A program made the position numbers and the translations under genes. DNA of 64,000 bases, taken from contig JAHRHZ010000264.1 of NCBI GenBank assembly GCA_024137785.1, positions 16,271,946 through 16,335,945 of the forward strand. Direction: 5' to 3'. Under the pieces are notes generated by a model. That model did not search any database. It was not told the DNA's origin and saw only the letters and a program-made list of their open reading frames with translations. Below, in pieces: positions 49,798-62,835 of this stretch (position 1 is the stretch's first letter; every line of letters begins with the position of its first letter). Origin of the DNA: Ginglymostoma cirratum (taxonomy: Eukaryota).

Positions 49798-49817
49798 CGC
49801 ACACATAAACGCACGCA

Positions 49818-49857
<40 letters not shown>

Positions 49858-49891
49858 ACCACCAGCCCCCCCCCCCCCCCCCCCCCCCCCC
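49798..49891. repeat. (CA)n microsatellite followed by a poly-C tract
   Basis: About 15 CA units, ccaccaccag, then about 27 C. Confidence 0.9.
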
Positions 49892-50659
49892 GGCCGATTG
49901 TGAATTTCAGCTGACTGTGTCCAAGTCCCTTGACTGAGAAGGGACAATGCCCTGGATTTCTTTACTGGGACCCCCTGACTGATGACAGCTCCCTCACTTG
50001 ACTTGAGAACGACTGCCCTCAACATTGAGACAGAACCATTTGTTTAAAGCACATGCCTTGCATTTGCCACATAAGTTTGCTGGCACATGGTGTGGTTGTG
50101 AAATTGACATAGCATTGTGCCACACAGCAACATGTCCACCCCTCGATTGATCACTGCTGACAACTATATCAAGTTGTTTGGCTTTTTGTCCGTGTTAATA
50201 GGTAAGTCAGTACAGAAGGACTGCAAGCCTTGAAGATCTGGCTGAGGAGGCAAGGCAGAGATACTGTGAGCGTTCAAATAGGTATAAAGTAAATGAGTGT
50301 TAAGAGAACACATCTGATCCAATCCATGAGCTGGTTGTCTGTCCCTGAATGCAAAATGACCGAGTATCTGCATTGCCAGTGTGCACCAAAGTTTACTGTC
50401 GAACTGTATTGTAAGGGAATTGGAGATGGGTGTGGTGAGGCTGGAATGTATCTGATGCCAACATTCATTGTTGAGGGTTGTGTACAGTCATTGCCCATGA
50501 AATATGCTCTGAGATGCTGGGGTCTGGTGCTCAAGATGGAGGTCAGGAGGTGACAGTAGCGAGCTGGAGTCATCGGGTAACTGCTCTGACTTTCATGGCA
50601 GAAAATGTTGCAGCCTAGTTTCAATCTGGAGGGTCTGAGAATGGAAACTGCACATTAAT

Positions 50660-51015
50660 GAGGTGAGATTAGAGGTTTATAAAATCATAAGAGGCATAGA
50701 TAAGGTTCATAGATAGTGTCTGTTCCCCAGGGCAGGGAGTCCATAACTAGAGGCGTAGGTTTAAGGTAAGAGGGGAAAGATTTTAAAGGGAGCAGAGGGA
50801 CAACTTTTCACATAGGCATGTACGCTGCCAGAGGAATTGGTAGAGGCGAGGACAATTACAACATTTAAAAGACATTTGGACAGGTACGTTGATTGGAAAC
50901 ATTTAGAGGGATATGGGCCAAATGCAAATCGGACTAGTTCAGATTGGACAACCTGGTCAGAATGGACAGCTTGGACCAAAGGGTCTGTTTCTGTGGTGTA
51001 TACTTCTGTGACTGT
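50660..51015 (+). mobile_element. CR1/HER1 LINE 3' end
   Basis: EVYKIIRGIDKV..VEARTITTFKRHLDRYVDWKHLEGYGPNA plus tail. Confidence 0.85.
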
Positions 51016-51649
51016 ATAATACGATATTCCACTCGGTGCTAATTAGTGAAAAACGTCTCTCATCCTTCAACATTTCATTGGAAAATGGGACTTAGTGCAC
51101 ACAATATCGAGAAGTTCCTTGTTAGCTGTCGCATGCAATTTCCCCAAGTTACCTGTGCCCATGTTGGCCAATACCTGGGAAGATTTTGTTGATAATGTTT
51201 ATACATAATCACAGCTGTGATAAATGTCTGATGGATTCTTCATTATCACAAAATCCAAGCTTAGAGTTTCTCATGTTATGAGGGATAACATAAACATTGC
51301 CACAATGCCCTGCTGGTGGCAAAATCACATCTCTTACTATCCTGCCACCTCTCCTATTTGAAGAGAAGTCCTGGAGCTGAACTTCCCCATTTTCTGTTCA
51401 AGTATTGTGTCGCCTGAAAATCATGGTGCCTAATCTAGTGTGGCATGCAATAATTTTTCTCACCACAACCTTCTACATTGAGGTCTTCAGCACCTTTCAC
51501 AGATAGTCATGCAGCAGGAGTTGCCCTCCACAGCTGAGATCTTTCAGATTCACATTGTAGACGCTATCTTTAAAGCCCACTGTACACAACTAAAGGAGCA
51601 GCAAGTCATTTATAGTGTGCCATAATTATCACTGAGGACATTGCCCAGA

Positions 51650-52260
51650 GAGCAAAATTGGTTCCTCGTTTCACAGACGGGGCAGTGAAGAGAAGGGCTG
51701 TCCATTTACAGGCTGAGTGTCAAATGAGGTCACTTCACCAATCCCAGTGAGCCTGATTCCACATAGTGGTTCTGGTCAGCGCTGTGTCCTGCTTTAAAGG
51801 GAGTACCCAGCAATGCAGGAAGAAGGTAACTGCATGCTCCACGTGGGCAAATGTCACCTTATGTTCACAGGGCTGTCACTCACTCTAACTGTGCCACTAC
51901 ACATTCATCTCCCCAAAGTTGTTGGAATAAAGCTATCACTATGGCATACTTATGTTTACTCAAGTGCTCTCAGCACCTCATACTCACCAACGACTAACCT
52001 TTCCTGTTGTCTAAACAACCAGCTCAGTCACTGGGGCTTCTTCACCTCTCTTGTTCCTGTGCCACTAACTGCTCTTCCGTCCACTTCCCACATATCTAAT
52101 GTCTTCCTGTGCCGTACTGGCGGAACAAATGGAATCAGACAGGCCTCCAAACTGACTGGGACAGTACCACCCCCCTCCCAACCTACTATAGACCCCTTGA
52201 TCAAACTCAGGACTGCTCCCCTTTGACTTTCAGACATAGCCAACTGCTTGAAGCACATGC
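51650..52260 (-). mobile_element. Possible Harbinger accessory Myb/SANT-like ORF remnant
   Basis: Minus ORF ..AVLSLIKG..LIPF..RKTLDMWEVDGRAVSG..Q resembles the MSANT W..V...VS..Q pattern; convergent to the transposase remnant at 47610-49330. Confidence 0.4.
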
Positions 52261-53419
52261 TTCAAACTCTTCCCCAGTGTCTGGCAGTGTGCTTGCAGTG
52301 TGACATTGATGTAACCCAGTGGTTTACAATGATATGTCCACCTGCTTGACTGTTCAGTGCTCTCCACCATGATAAGCTGCCTGCCAGTTCTCTATGCTAA
52401 AATATAAGACAAGCCACAGAGATTGGTCACCTCCAAGTAAGTGCAAAAGAAGTTAGCACTAAGTCAGCTAAGAGCCATAAGCTGCATCCTGTGTGTGTCC
52501 TTTGAGCAAAGCAACTTGACACTAACATGTAAGTTGTAGGTGTCCCTGAGCTTGAAAATGTCAAAGGGCTGAAGTGGTGTTTGAGTTGGTGATGATGCAG
52601 TGAGGCGGGTGGGTAGCTGCTATAGACTTCTGTGGGTATAGGGTCAAGGAGGATGGTGCTATAGGGCATGAAAGAACATGGTGGTGAAGACACAGTGAAT
52701 GATGACCAGGACAATCAGTCAATGAGCTGCCAAGTACCTGCTCTGACATCCATGGCAGGAATTTGTCCCGTCCACTTTCCCGGTGAATGTGTTGAGGACG
52801 TGAAGCAGTGTATAAATTAGGTTGGACTAATAATGATGAGCAAATGCATGGTGGCTGCCACTTTTAATACATAGATTCCAAAGTTGCCATTTTGAGCTAA
52901 AGTGGAAAATTGGAAATTTTGTACTCAGTGTTGAGATTCTGACTTTTCATTTATTTTCCCCAACTTTCTTGCCATTGTCCTTACCATATCAAGGACTGGA
53001 AAATTCAACCATGGTAGAAAACAGGAAAATGCAACATGGCAACAATAACATGCCTTAAATTTAAACATACATGCAAAGTTCCTTCTCAAATAGGCAGAAT
53101 AAAAATAAATGTTTGTAGAGACCCTAAAGAATGACTGAAATGTATGCCAAACAGATCCATTTTGGATTTTTTTTAAGGAAAGATGGAAGGAGTGAAGTTG
53201 CCGTGGTGGATGATGGTGTTCTTAATCAAAATGTGTTAAAGAGAGGCAGGTAGGTTTGTAATTGGCCAGAATGACTTAACTGCTGCATTGAGATGGATTT
53301 TAGGCCTGAAGGAGATTGTGCTGCTGGCGTAGAACAGGATCAAATATGTGGATTGGGGGCAGAATGAGATAGCAAAAAACAGTGGCAGCTGTGATACCAG
53401 AAAAATCTACATGCTCTTG

Positions 53420-53620
53420 CTTAAATAGTGCATTTTTTAAAAAATCTATTTAAGAAGCCAAATAGAACTATAAGTTCAAATTCCATCTGAAAGATGGACA
53501 TCCTGAAAGTGCAGCACTCCCTCAGTACTGCGCTGAGGTTGTCACCATAGATTATATATAAATCCTGGAATAGAGCTTGAACCCAACACATCTGACTTGG
53601 CAGCAGGTGTACAACCACTG
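53420..53620 (-). mobile_element. Deu-domain SINE 5' part
   Basis: catctgaaagatggac..gtgcagcactccctcagtactgcgctg..gcttgaacccaac. Confidence 0.7.
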
Positions 53621-54838
53621 ATACCTATTGTGTGAGAACATCATGCAAATTCCCACACTCTGTCTTATTTTTAGCACGTAACTCACCACCTCAAAGCAAT
53701 TACTGGTCAATTACAAGTTGAAGTCTTTCCTTCTTGAAGGATAGAGGGCTACGAGGGACCAAGGCATTCCTTATAAAATAATTTTGGCAGAGGCCTAAGG
53801 GTAGGTTGCTTGGCTTCTTCCTTATTGTTTGAGAAGAGTTGCTAACTGAGAGGAGGGAGACTGAGTTGGGACAAAACAAATAAAAGGATGGATGAAAAGA
53901 ACAAAACGTCCAAATAAGATCTGTTCTTTATTTATTTACAGTGTAATTTTGGGCATACATATTTCTTTTACAAAGATGAGGAAAAATTAATTGTGCACAG
54001 AATGTTTAAATTTCCTTTCTTACATCTATAGCATGCAGACAATAAAATGTAATGTTTTTTAAAAAAAATAGTCATTGTCATTATTCTCATGAAATTAGAA
54101 TAATATGCGAAAAAAATATGCTCTAATTCTAATCTAATGTTTGTAGCAAAGTATGTTTTTCTGAAATAGAAGGAACATTCCTGCTTTAACACTGGTCAGT
54201 TTTGAGTGCAGTTCAAATATGCTAGCAGAGAAACAAAGGGCATATTAAAATACTACACTGTTCAGGTTAACAGACCGCAGTATTGATTGTATTTTTTTTA
54301 TTGTCAGTGATGATTGTTTTCAGAATACAGCTAATAATTCAATACTTGTTCAAAATTGTGCAATTTCAATGGAAGCACACAATTCCCAGATGTACAATCA
54401 GCAGATGAGTTATCTGTTACTGTATTTTCTTATGCAAAGCATGTATCCACTGTATCTACCACGTCCCGTCTATCCAAGCAGCTTTTATGAAACACAATCA
54501 CACAGCGTTGCAGTCTAAATAAAATTTCATTTGGATTTGGCCTCCAGCTGAGACCGACACTGCTTTGTTTTAGCAGCAGAAGCAACAAACCAGAATGGTA
54601 TGTCCTGTTTTTCATGTCTCCTGTTGTGGCTTGAGGATCACAATCAAGTTGTTCACGATTTTAGGCTTTGGAACCTCATCCTCATTTCACACAGTTTCCT
54701 CTCTCCCCTTCTATTTCATTTTTGTTTAGTGTCTCTCTTCCTGCCCTCTACCTGGAGGGAAGAATTGTGATAAGTGGTTGTCTTTGCAAATCGTGGCTCT
54801 GTGATTGTTTTGTTTATTTCTTCTCTTTTCTGTTTTAG

Positions 54839-54876
54839 GTATTGATCATGAACATACAGATTTAAAGAGAAACTAT
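54839..54876 (+). CDS. Candidate 38-nt coding exon, phase 1 to 0: (x)IDHEHTDLKRNY
   Basis: Very strong acceptor tttgtttatttcttctcttttctgttttag|G, consensus donor TAT|GTAAGT, exactly one open frame. Host gene not recognised. Confidence 0.5.
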
Positions 54877-54984
54877 GTAAGTAGAACACATACTTCAGGT
54901 GGTTAACTTCAGATCTCTCGAAGGTTGCAGTTAAAATTTTTGTCAGAATTCTTAAAAGAGACCAACAGTCTTGTTTAACATTTA

Positions 54985-55110
54985 AAGAAAGCTTCTGTTT
55001 GTATACCAGCTTTCATAATTTTAGGAGCACCCAAAGCAGTACAAAGCCAATGATGTTCTTCTGAAGTATAGCCACTGTTGTAACATGGAAAATTAGGAAG
55101 CCAATTTTGG
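54985..55110 (-). mobile_element. Deu-SINE/L2-type 3' tail fragment
   Basis: ccaaagc..acaaagccaatga..tgaagtatagccactgttgtaa..gccaattt, similar to 42540-42660. Confidence 0.5.
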
Positions 55111-58029
55111 CAAACACATTTTAAGAATACCAAGAGTTTGAAATTACTTTCAAAAATTACACATTACTCTAGCAACAGGCAAGTTGTTTTATAATATGTC
55201 AATGTATTATCTCATTGTCCCGAGAATCTGTAAGTATTATGTCTGTGCAATTCATTGCTGTTTTGATGCATATTTTACATTAGCTGCACTGTTTCTGAAA
55301 TATAAAATTTGTTGAGAACATTGAATGCATGAAAAGGAGCACACGTTCACTCTGTTTACAATTTAAGAATCAAACTGAGGAAGCACTTGATCAGAAAAAT
55401 ATTGCATTTTGTAGCATTTTCAATGTATACCAGCTTGGATTTTTCAAGCTGCACTGTATTTGTCAAATGTTCAGTTTCATTTCAATAATGTAGGGGATAT
55501 TAAAATTCCATTGTGATATATTCAATGCATTGGCAAATAGATTTATAACACTACCACGTTATCTTAGTAAATTTTAAACACATTAGTTTTATGTGGTTTA
55601 GCAGCATTGTTAAACAGTACATAATTATTTGGCATGAAGCATATAGTAAAATTACCCCTTATCCTTTCTTAAAAAAAAACGAATTTAGCCAAATCCTCTA
55701 CTAGTTATTACCACATCTTACAGATCTGTTGTGCTTCCAGAACTTACCTGGGAAATTGAACTATCTTCAGGTATAAGAGAATGTACCAACTCCAGTCTGA
55801 AAACCTTGACTAAATTTAAAATAGTAACTGAAATGAAGGATAATCAATAAGAATTCATGCAGTCTGTGTTTACATGTTCATTGGATCAATAAATGAAGGT
55901 TAATCTGAATTACTTTTGTAACACTCCTACTTTGTTCATTTAAAATACAGTTAACAGGCCAAATCTTCTTCTGGGCTTGGGAAAGCCTAACCTGTAACCT
56001 GATATATGACTCACAAGCTGTACATCCAACCTGTGACTTCACATGTCATTTTTGTCATCTTACACAGGAGTCAGCATCACAGTGCTGTTTGTGAGTTGAT
56101 ATATAATGGAGGAGGAGTGTGGGTACGGATGCAGACTGGTTAGAAAGCCTCTCGGTTTTCTGACATTGTATCCCAGCTCCCAAAAATGTTTAAAGTCCCT
56201 CCATAACTCAACCCTTTACCTCCGTCATCCCAAGCCACCACTTGACTATCCCATCCCCTTTAAATCACCAATGCTACCCCTAAAATTATTCATGCCACCT
56301 CTATGCTCCACCATCTATCCTCCATGGTAACTCATCCACTAATCATGATGTACAGGTCTTAGATTCCATGCAATATGATAGAAATATTTTACATTCCTTG
56401 TGGGAAAATATGCTGAATCTTACACCATCAAATAAAGGCCTCCATTTTATTGATACCTGAGAGAAAAGAAATACATTCTGTCATGTGAAATAAGTTCTTG
56501 TAATATTTGCAATCGAGTTAATTTGTGTGACCGAACTAGAAACTGCGCGCAATGTACTATCTGTTATTAAAGTTCCTACCATGTTCTCTGTTGTCAAATG
56601 GATGGAACATCTATGTTGTGAAACCCATTAGTACTTGGAACTCACAAATACATTGTGCGATTGATGTAATAACAGAGCAGGTAGTAAGGATTTTTTTTCC
56701 CCCAAGTTTCAATCCCAGGCTTTTTTTCATATTATCCAGAGCCGTTTATATCACAGTAGAAAGCATGTCAGCACAGGGTGGCAAGACATGTACATTTTTC
56801 TCTGATCATTTTTTCCACTCGTAAAACACTGTAACTCCTGTTGACAAACACAAAAGGTTGCTCAATGTTGGGGGAAAATTCTCTTTTAAGATCAGATCCC
56901 TATGACGAGCCATTGCATTAAAAACACAACCGTGTTGTAATTCAGTATCTAATTTTGTTGATACACTGAAATGTGATAAACTTGATCACGTCATGACTCT
57001 GTAACTTTGACGCAAGTAACAGAGAAGACAGCAGTCTAGAATGGGTGTGGGAAGAGAGAGGTCTTAAATATAGTTCGCTATGTAGTGTCTAATAACCTAC
57101 AACTATGGACAGACATAAATGAAGGTGATTTATAGCACACAAGGAATTGAAGAGACTTATGCAGTGATAGAGAGCAAGCAGCCTAAGGGATACCAGATAT
57201 ATACTGCAGGCTTGTATCTCAATGTACAGTAGCAGTATTGGCTTGAAGTGTAAAATAAAGTGTAAATGACATTTGAAGGTGTGAAAACGCTTTAAGCTTA
57301 CCTTTCAGAATGTTCCAGTTCCCTCAGCAGGCTTTCTATTTTTCTAACAAAGTGTGAAAACTAGAGTGAGCCTGATGCACTTCCAAATCCTTGCACCACC
57401 AGACAAAAATTATGTGCAGGAGAAAATCCAATTTTCATTCCCATTTAAAATGGCAAACCTGACCGCAGTTGACATGGATTTACGTTTGGTCACATATGAC
57501 ATTCCCAATCTGCAAAAATGCCAGAGGAAATTAATGCGCTGAAAATACAGAAGAAAATCAGATTTCTTCAAAAAATTATGGCCTGTTGCACCCTGAAATG
57601 CACCTCTAAACTCGATAGAAATTCAGTCCAAGATATTTTAATTGTAGACAATTGAAACTAGTATTATAATGTTAACAATGGCAGTTGAAGAATACCACTC
57701 CTTCAATCATATATTGCATAAACGGAAGCAGCTCATTTGAAATATTTCTGCAATAAACCTCCTGTCTGCATTTCCTGTTTGATATAGGCTGAAAATTGTA
57801 GAACTTCAATCAGTTCTGAAAAATGTGGCCAAAAAATCAGTTTAATTTGACTAATTTAGTTGATAATTCTAATTAGGCTGCGAGTATTGGCTGGTTATGC
57901 AGAACATATGAAAACTATCAAAATGCTGTGAGTTAGATTATTCATATTTATGCATGCACATAAGCTAAAGGATCAATATGTATCCATATAATGAAGTTAT
58001 TTATTAATCAACTAACGTGTTATTATAAT

Positions 58030-58300
58030 TAATTCTTGGGATGTGAATTGCACAGACAAGGCCAGTATTTGTTGAATTATCTGTACTTATCCTTAAGAAG
58101 GTAGCGATGAGTTTTTTCCTTGAATTTCTGCCGTGTGTACAGTGTAGATACACCCACAATGCTGTTAAGGTGGAGAGCTTAAATATTTTGGCCCAGCGAC
58201 ACTGAAGAAGCCATGATATTGTTCTAACTCAGGGTGGTATGTGCTTTGACAGGAACTTACAGATGGTGGTATTTCCAAAAGCCTGCTGCCCTAGTTGTAA
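58030..58300 (-). mobile_element. 3' end of the CR1/L2-group LINE family
   Basis: gggatgtg..aggccagtattt..agaaggtagcgatgag..ccttgaa matches 40542-40640 and the SINE tails. Confidence 0.55.
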
Positions 58301-58644
58301 TAGGTGCCTCAATGACTGTTGAACAGTGTCTGCATAAATATAACATAAATATTTCACCTAGTCTTATGTCTAAATCTACACTAAAAGCCTGTGGAATTTT
58401 TATATCACGTGCTCTGGAAGCCTGTTTATTTCTTAAACTCCTTTGTCTGTGGAGTAAGGTGTTATGTTTATCAATACTCTCACATGATCTACTGAGCATG
58501 TCCATTCAAAGCCATATCGTAATAACATAAGATCATATGGCTCAGAGATTGGACTAAAGAATATACCTACTAAACCGCAATTCTGTATATAGTTTAATGA
58601 TCGATAAACGTTACTCATTTGCAGTATTGTTATATGCTTTGGGA

Positions 58645-59165
58645 AAATGGTGGCATAGTGGTCACTAGACTATTAATCCAGGACCCCAGGCTAATGTTCC
58701 AGAGTCATGGGTTCAAATCCCACCATGGCAGGTGGTGAAATTTGAATTCAGTAGAAAATTTAAACTTGAATTAGGAGCTAGCCAAACAGTGACTGTAGAA
58801 TCATTGTTAATTGTCATAAAAACCATCTGGTTCTCGAATGTCCTTCAGGGAAGGAAATCTGTCACCCTCACCTGGTCGGGTGACTCCGGACCTATAGCAA
58901 TGTGGTTGACTCTTAACTGTCCTCTGAAATGGCCCTAGCAAGCTACTCATCAAGGGCAATAAGGAATGGGTAATAAGTGTTGATGGTCATTACGTTTCCC
59001 TCTGAGCTGTGTGAGCCCAAGGATCCATGCACAGCAATCGGCGTGTTGAGGCTGTTCGCAGCATCTGTTCGCAGAAGTCACTGCGGTGCACAGATCTGGG
59101 AGATCCATCAGAAGTGAAGAAAATTAGCAAGAATGCTGATGCCCATATCCCATGAACAAATAAAA
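58645..59165 (+). mobile_element. tRNA-derived SINE, tail interrupted by a ~145-bp insertion (~58986-59132)
   Basis: A box TGGCATAGTGG (58651-58661), B box GGTTCAAATCC (58710-58720), body matches 62485-62835; tail resumes tgctgatgcccatatcccatgaacaaataaaa. Confidence 0.8.
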
Positions 59166-59519
59166 CAAAACCACCTGGAAGCTACTACCAATTTTCATAT
59201 CTGGGTTGTTGGTGTCGGTGTTGGTGTGAAGGGAAGTGATGACCAGACTAGAAGAAGTAGCACTAAGTGACAAATAAAAGCAACTGTAGGTACAGAACTG
59301 CAAAGACTGTCATCCAGTTGGAACAGACCGGTGGGAAGAATGCCCTGCCCAAACCACTGAACACGTAGGTGCAGAAAAGTCGGATGTTTTGAAACAGCTG
59401 CTCAAAGAAGCCTCTGTTTACAAAGCACATGGAAGAGAACCTTTAAAGGAAGCTCTACGCAGGAAGCACAGGCGCTGAACTGTCAAGGTATCCCTTTTCC
59501 TGGGGGAATTGCGGAGATT

Positions 59520-60552
59520 GGTATTTTGGACTGGAGGCCTAGGACCAGCGGTGTGCTACAGGGATTGGTACTGGGTTCACTTTTGTTTGCCATTTATATG
59601 GATGATTTGGGTGAGAATATAAGAGGCATGGTTCGTAAGTTTGCGGATAATACCAAATTTATGGAATAGTGGACAGTGAAGAATGTTATCTAAGAGTACA
59701 AAGAGATCTTGATCAATTTGGTCAATGGACTGAGGAGTGGCAAATGGAGTTTAATGTGGATAAATGTGAGGTATTGCATTTTGGGAAATGCCAAAGGCAG
59801 GACTTATACAACTAATGGTAGGGCCCTTGGTAGAGTTGTGGAACAGAGAAACCTAGGGGTTTGGTTACATAATTTTTTGAAATTTGCATCACAGGTAGAT
59901 AGTTGGTTAAGAAGGCATTTAGCATACTTGCTTTCATTGCTCAGACCTTTGAGTACAGGAGTTAGAATGTCATGTTGAAGTTGTATAGGATGTTGGTGAG
60001 GCTGCTTCTGAAGTACTGAGTTTAGTTCTGGTTGCCCTGTTACAAGAAGGATATTATTAAATTGGAGAGGGATCAGAACAGACTTACCAGGATGTTGCCA
60101 GCAAGGGAGTGTTTGAGTTATAAAAATAGGCTGGATAGGCTGAGACTTTTTTCACTGGAACATAGGATGTTTGGGGTGACCTTATAGAGGTTTATAAAAT
60201 CATGAGGGGCTATGATAAAGTGAATAGCAAAGCTCTTTTCCTGAGGGTGGGGGATTTCAAAACTAGGGGGCATATTTTCAAGATGAGAGGAAAAGGTTTT
60301 AAAAAGGATACGGGGGCACAATCTTTTAACGTAGACAGTGGTTTGTGTGTGGAATGAACTTCCAGAGGAAGTGGTGGATGCAGGTACAATTACAGTATTT
60401 AAAAGACATTTGGATATTTAAGTGAATAGGAAAGCTTTGGTGGGATATGGGCCAAATGCAAGTACATGGGACTAGTTTAGTTTGGGAACATCATAGGTGT
60501 GGACTAGTTGGACTGAAGGGTCTGTTTCCATGCTGTATAACTATGAATCTGT
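59520..60552 (+). mobile_element. CR1/HER1 LINE, RT domain to 3' end (5'-truncated)
   Basis: SGVLQGLVLGSLLFAIYMDDL..KFADNTK..WQMEFNVDKCEVLHFG..GDLIEVYKIMR..WNELPEEVVDAG plus tail. Confidence 0.92.
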
Positions 60553-60564
60553 AACTAATACTGC

Positions 60565-61480
60565 AGTGGTGACATTGAAGTCAATGAACATTACACAGAC
60601 TTGAAATTAGATACTGGAGCCAGAGATACAGTTCTATCTGATGGACTTAAACGGCTTCAAAATTGACTACAGCCTCTGATCATCAAACTTCATGATCCGT
60701 GAGAAAACAACCTCAAAGTCACAGGTTAGTTTGGTGCAACATTAAGGTACAAAGTCAAAGAACTCTTAGAAACTCTTATGTTTTGCAGACCTAGCAATGC
60801 TCATTGTTAAGCCTGTATAATTCTGAAACATTAAAATGGAAGAAGTCAACGATGAGGAACAAATTAATGAATTTAGAAAACCATTTGCAAAATACTTCAG
60901 AAGCCTGGAAAAACAGAATATTCAATATGACAAAAATTGGAAATGTAATATTACAAAACGCAAAAAGTGTTTATAGCTAGAAAAGTGCCATGCTCATTTC
61001 TAAAAAAAAGTAAGAAGTGAGTTTAAGGGGTGCTTCAACAAGACATTGTTTCTCCAGTTACAGAACTGAGCAAGTAATGATCTACTGCTGTACCAGGTCC
61101 CAAATCAAATGGATCTGTTGGAATTTATGTTGAATTTAACACATTTGAACAAGATAGTTGAACAGTAAGTACTGCCAATAGCAACCACAGCCAAGATCCT
61201 AGTCGAAAAAGCAAATAGCATAATGAGTGGATTCTGGCCATTTCCGTAAAATGAGTAGTACAAACTTCTAACTGCCTACATATGTTCCCAGTAACCTCAT
61301 TCTGCAGCAGTACTTTGAACAGCATCATTGAAGACCTAGTGGTCTACAAGGAGAGATTGACGGTCCCATGCGGCTGTACCTTTGGACATTCTCCTAGTGG
61401 TTCGCCAGGAACATGATGATATTTCCAAGGGTCTGGCCAGGATGCAGTAATCTGTATGGTGACACTGGCCATGTATCTTG
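60565..61480 (+). mobile_element. Decayed Gypsy-like LTR retrotransposon pol (aspartic protease) remnant
   Basis: DIEVNEHYTDLKLDTGARDTVLSD (60571-60642) and LKVTG*FGATLRYKVKE downstream; right limit approximate. Confidence 0.55.
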
Positions 61481-61494
61481 CCATCTCTGCCCGA

Positions 61495-61705
61495 AAGGCA
61501 ACTTTTTCATGCGGAAGATGGTTCTTATGTGGAATGAACTGCCAGAGAAAGTGATATGGGTGGTTACAGTTACAACATTTAAAAGACAGGTGCAACATTT
61601 GGACAGGTACATGAATAGGAAAGATTTAGAGGGATATGGCCAAACATAGGCAAATGGAACTACTTCAGTGTGGGTAACTGCATCGACATGGATGTGTTGT
61701 TCCAC
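61495..61705 (+). mobile_element. CR1/HER1 LINE 3' end
   Basis: KGNFFMRKMVLMWNELPEKV..TTFKR..LDRYMNRKDLEGYGQ. Confidence 0.85.
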
Positions 61706-62484
61706 ACCTAATCATCTACAAATGTGCCACTTGTGCGTTTCACCACAAGGAACAGAAGGAACAACCTCTGTCTTGTTTTTCCTGGTCAGGCTGGCAGAAA
61801 GCCTTGGTATTGACCTATCAAAGTAAAGAGAATGCTATTTTTCAATCTTGTATATTATTTTTCCATTGGCTCGAGGTGCAGAAGAAAAATCAGCTCACCT
61901 CTGAAGCAGTTATAACTACTCTGAAGGGGATATATTTCATGCATAGAATTCTTGAGTTGTCGTCTCTAACAATGGATCTACAACATGTGAGACAATTCAC
62001 CAATGAGTGTTTCCAGTCCTTTGAAGCATAATATGTTTTATCCGTGTCATAATTTTGCTGAATTACCCTCTGACCAAAGGCAAAACCAAGAGGGGCTAAG
62101 CAACATTAAAGACATTCTGAAGAAAATGTGAAAGCTTTAAATTAGCCCTGTTTGACACTGTTGTAGAACAACTTTGTCTTATTTTCACTTTTGATCGGCT
62201 GAGATGCTGCCTTCCTTCGCTTTCTCATATGCCAACACCAAGCATCACAATAGACGAACACATTCTGGCCTGGCAGAACAGTATAGACAGTCAAGGATCA
62301 TAATAAGAGACACAGGGCTCATACCCTGGCCTCATTGGAAATGGGAAAGATGGTGTGGATTAGGAACTGGCAGTGATTGCAAGGTAGTCAGCAACTGAGA
62401 TCATACCTTGTCCAGAAAGAAACCTGCATTGTTTAATGAAATTGGAGCACCTTGATTTATAAATATATTCCCTGATGCACAAGA

Positions 62485-62835
62485 GGCAATGGCTTAGCGG
62501 TATTATCGCTGGACTGTTAATCTCGAAACCCAGATATCAATTCTGGGGACCCAGGTTTGAATCCCTCCACAACAGATGGTGGAATTTGAATTCTGGAATA
62601 AAGAATCTAATGAAGACCATGAATCCATTGTCAACTGTCAGAAAAACCCATCTGGTTCACTAATGTCCTTTAGGGAAGGAAACTTCCATCCTTACCTGGT
62701 CTGGCCTAGATCACATGTAGGATTCCAGACCCAGAGCAATGTGTGGTTGACTCTGAACTGTCCTCTGTACAATTAGGGATGGGCAATAAACACTGTATTG
62801 CCAGCGACACCCTCATCCTGTTAATGAATAAAGGA
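62485..62835 (+). mobile_element. tRNA-derived SINE, near full length
   Basis: A box TGGCTTAGCGG (62490-62500), B-box variant GGTTTGAATCC (62554-62564), tail aattagggatgggcaataaa..gaataaag. Confidence 0.8.

Noticed and set aside
58651-58725. tRNA gene-like A and B boxes (also 62490-62564)
   Set aside because: No cloverleaf, and the sequence continues into a shared SINE body.
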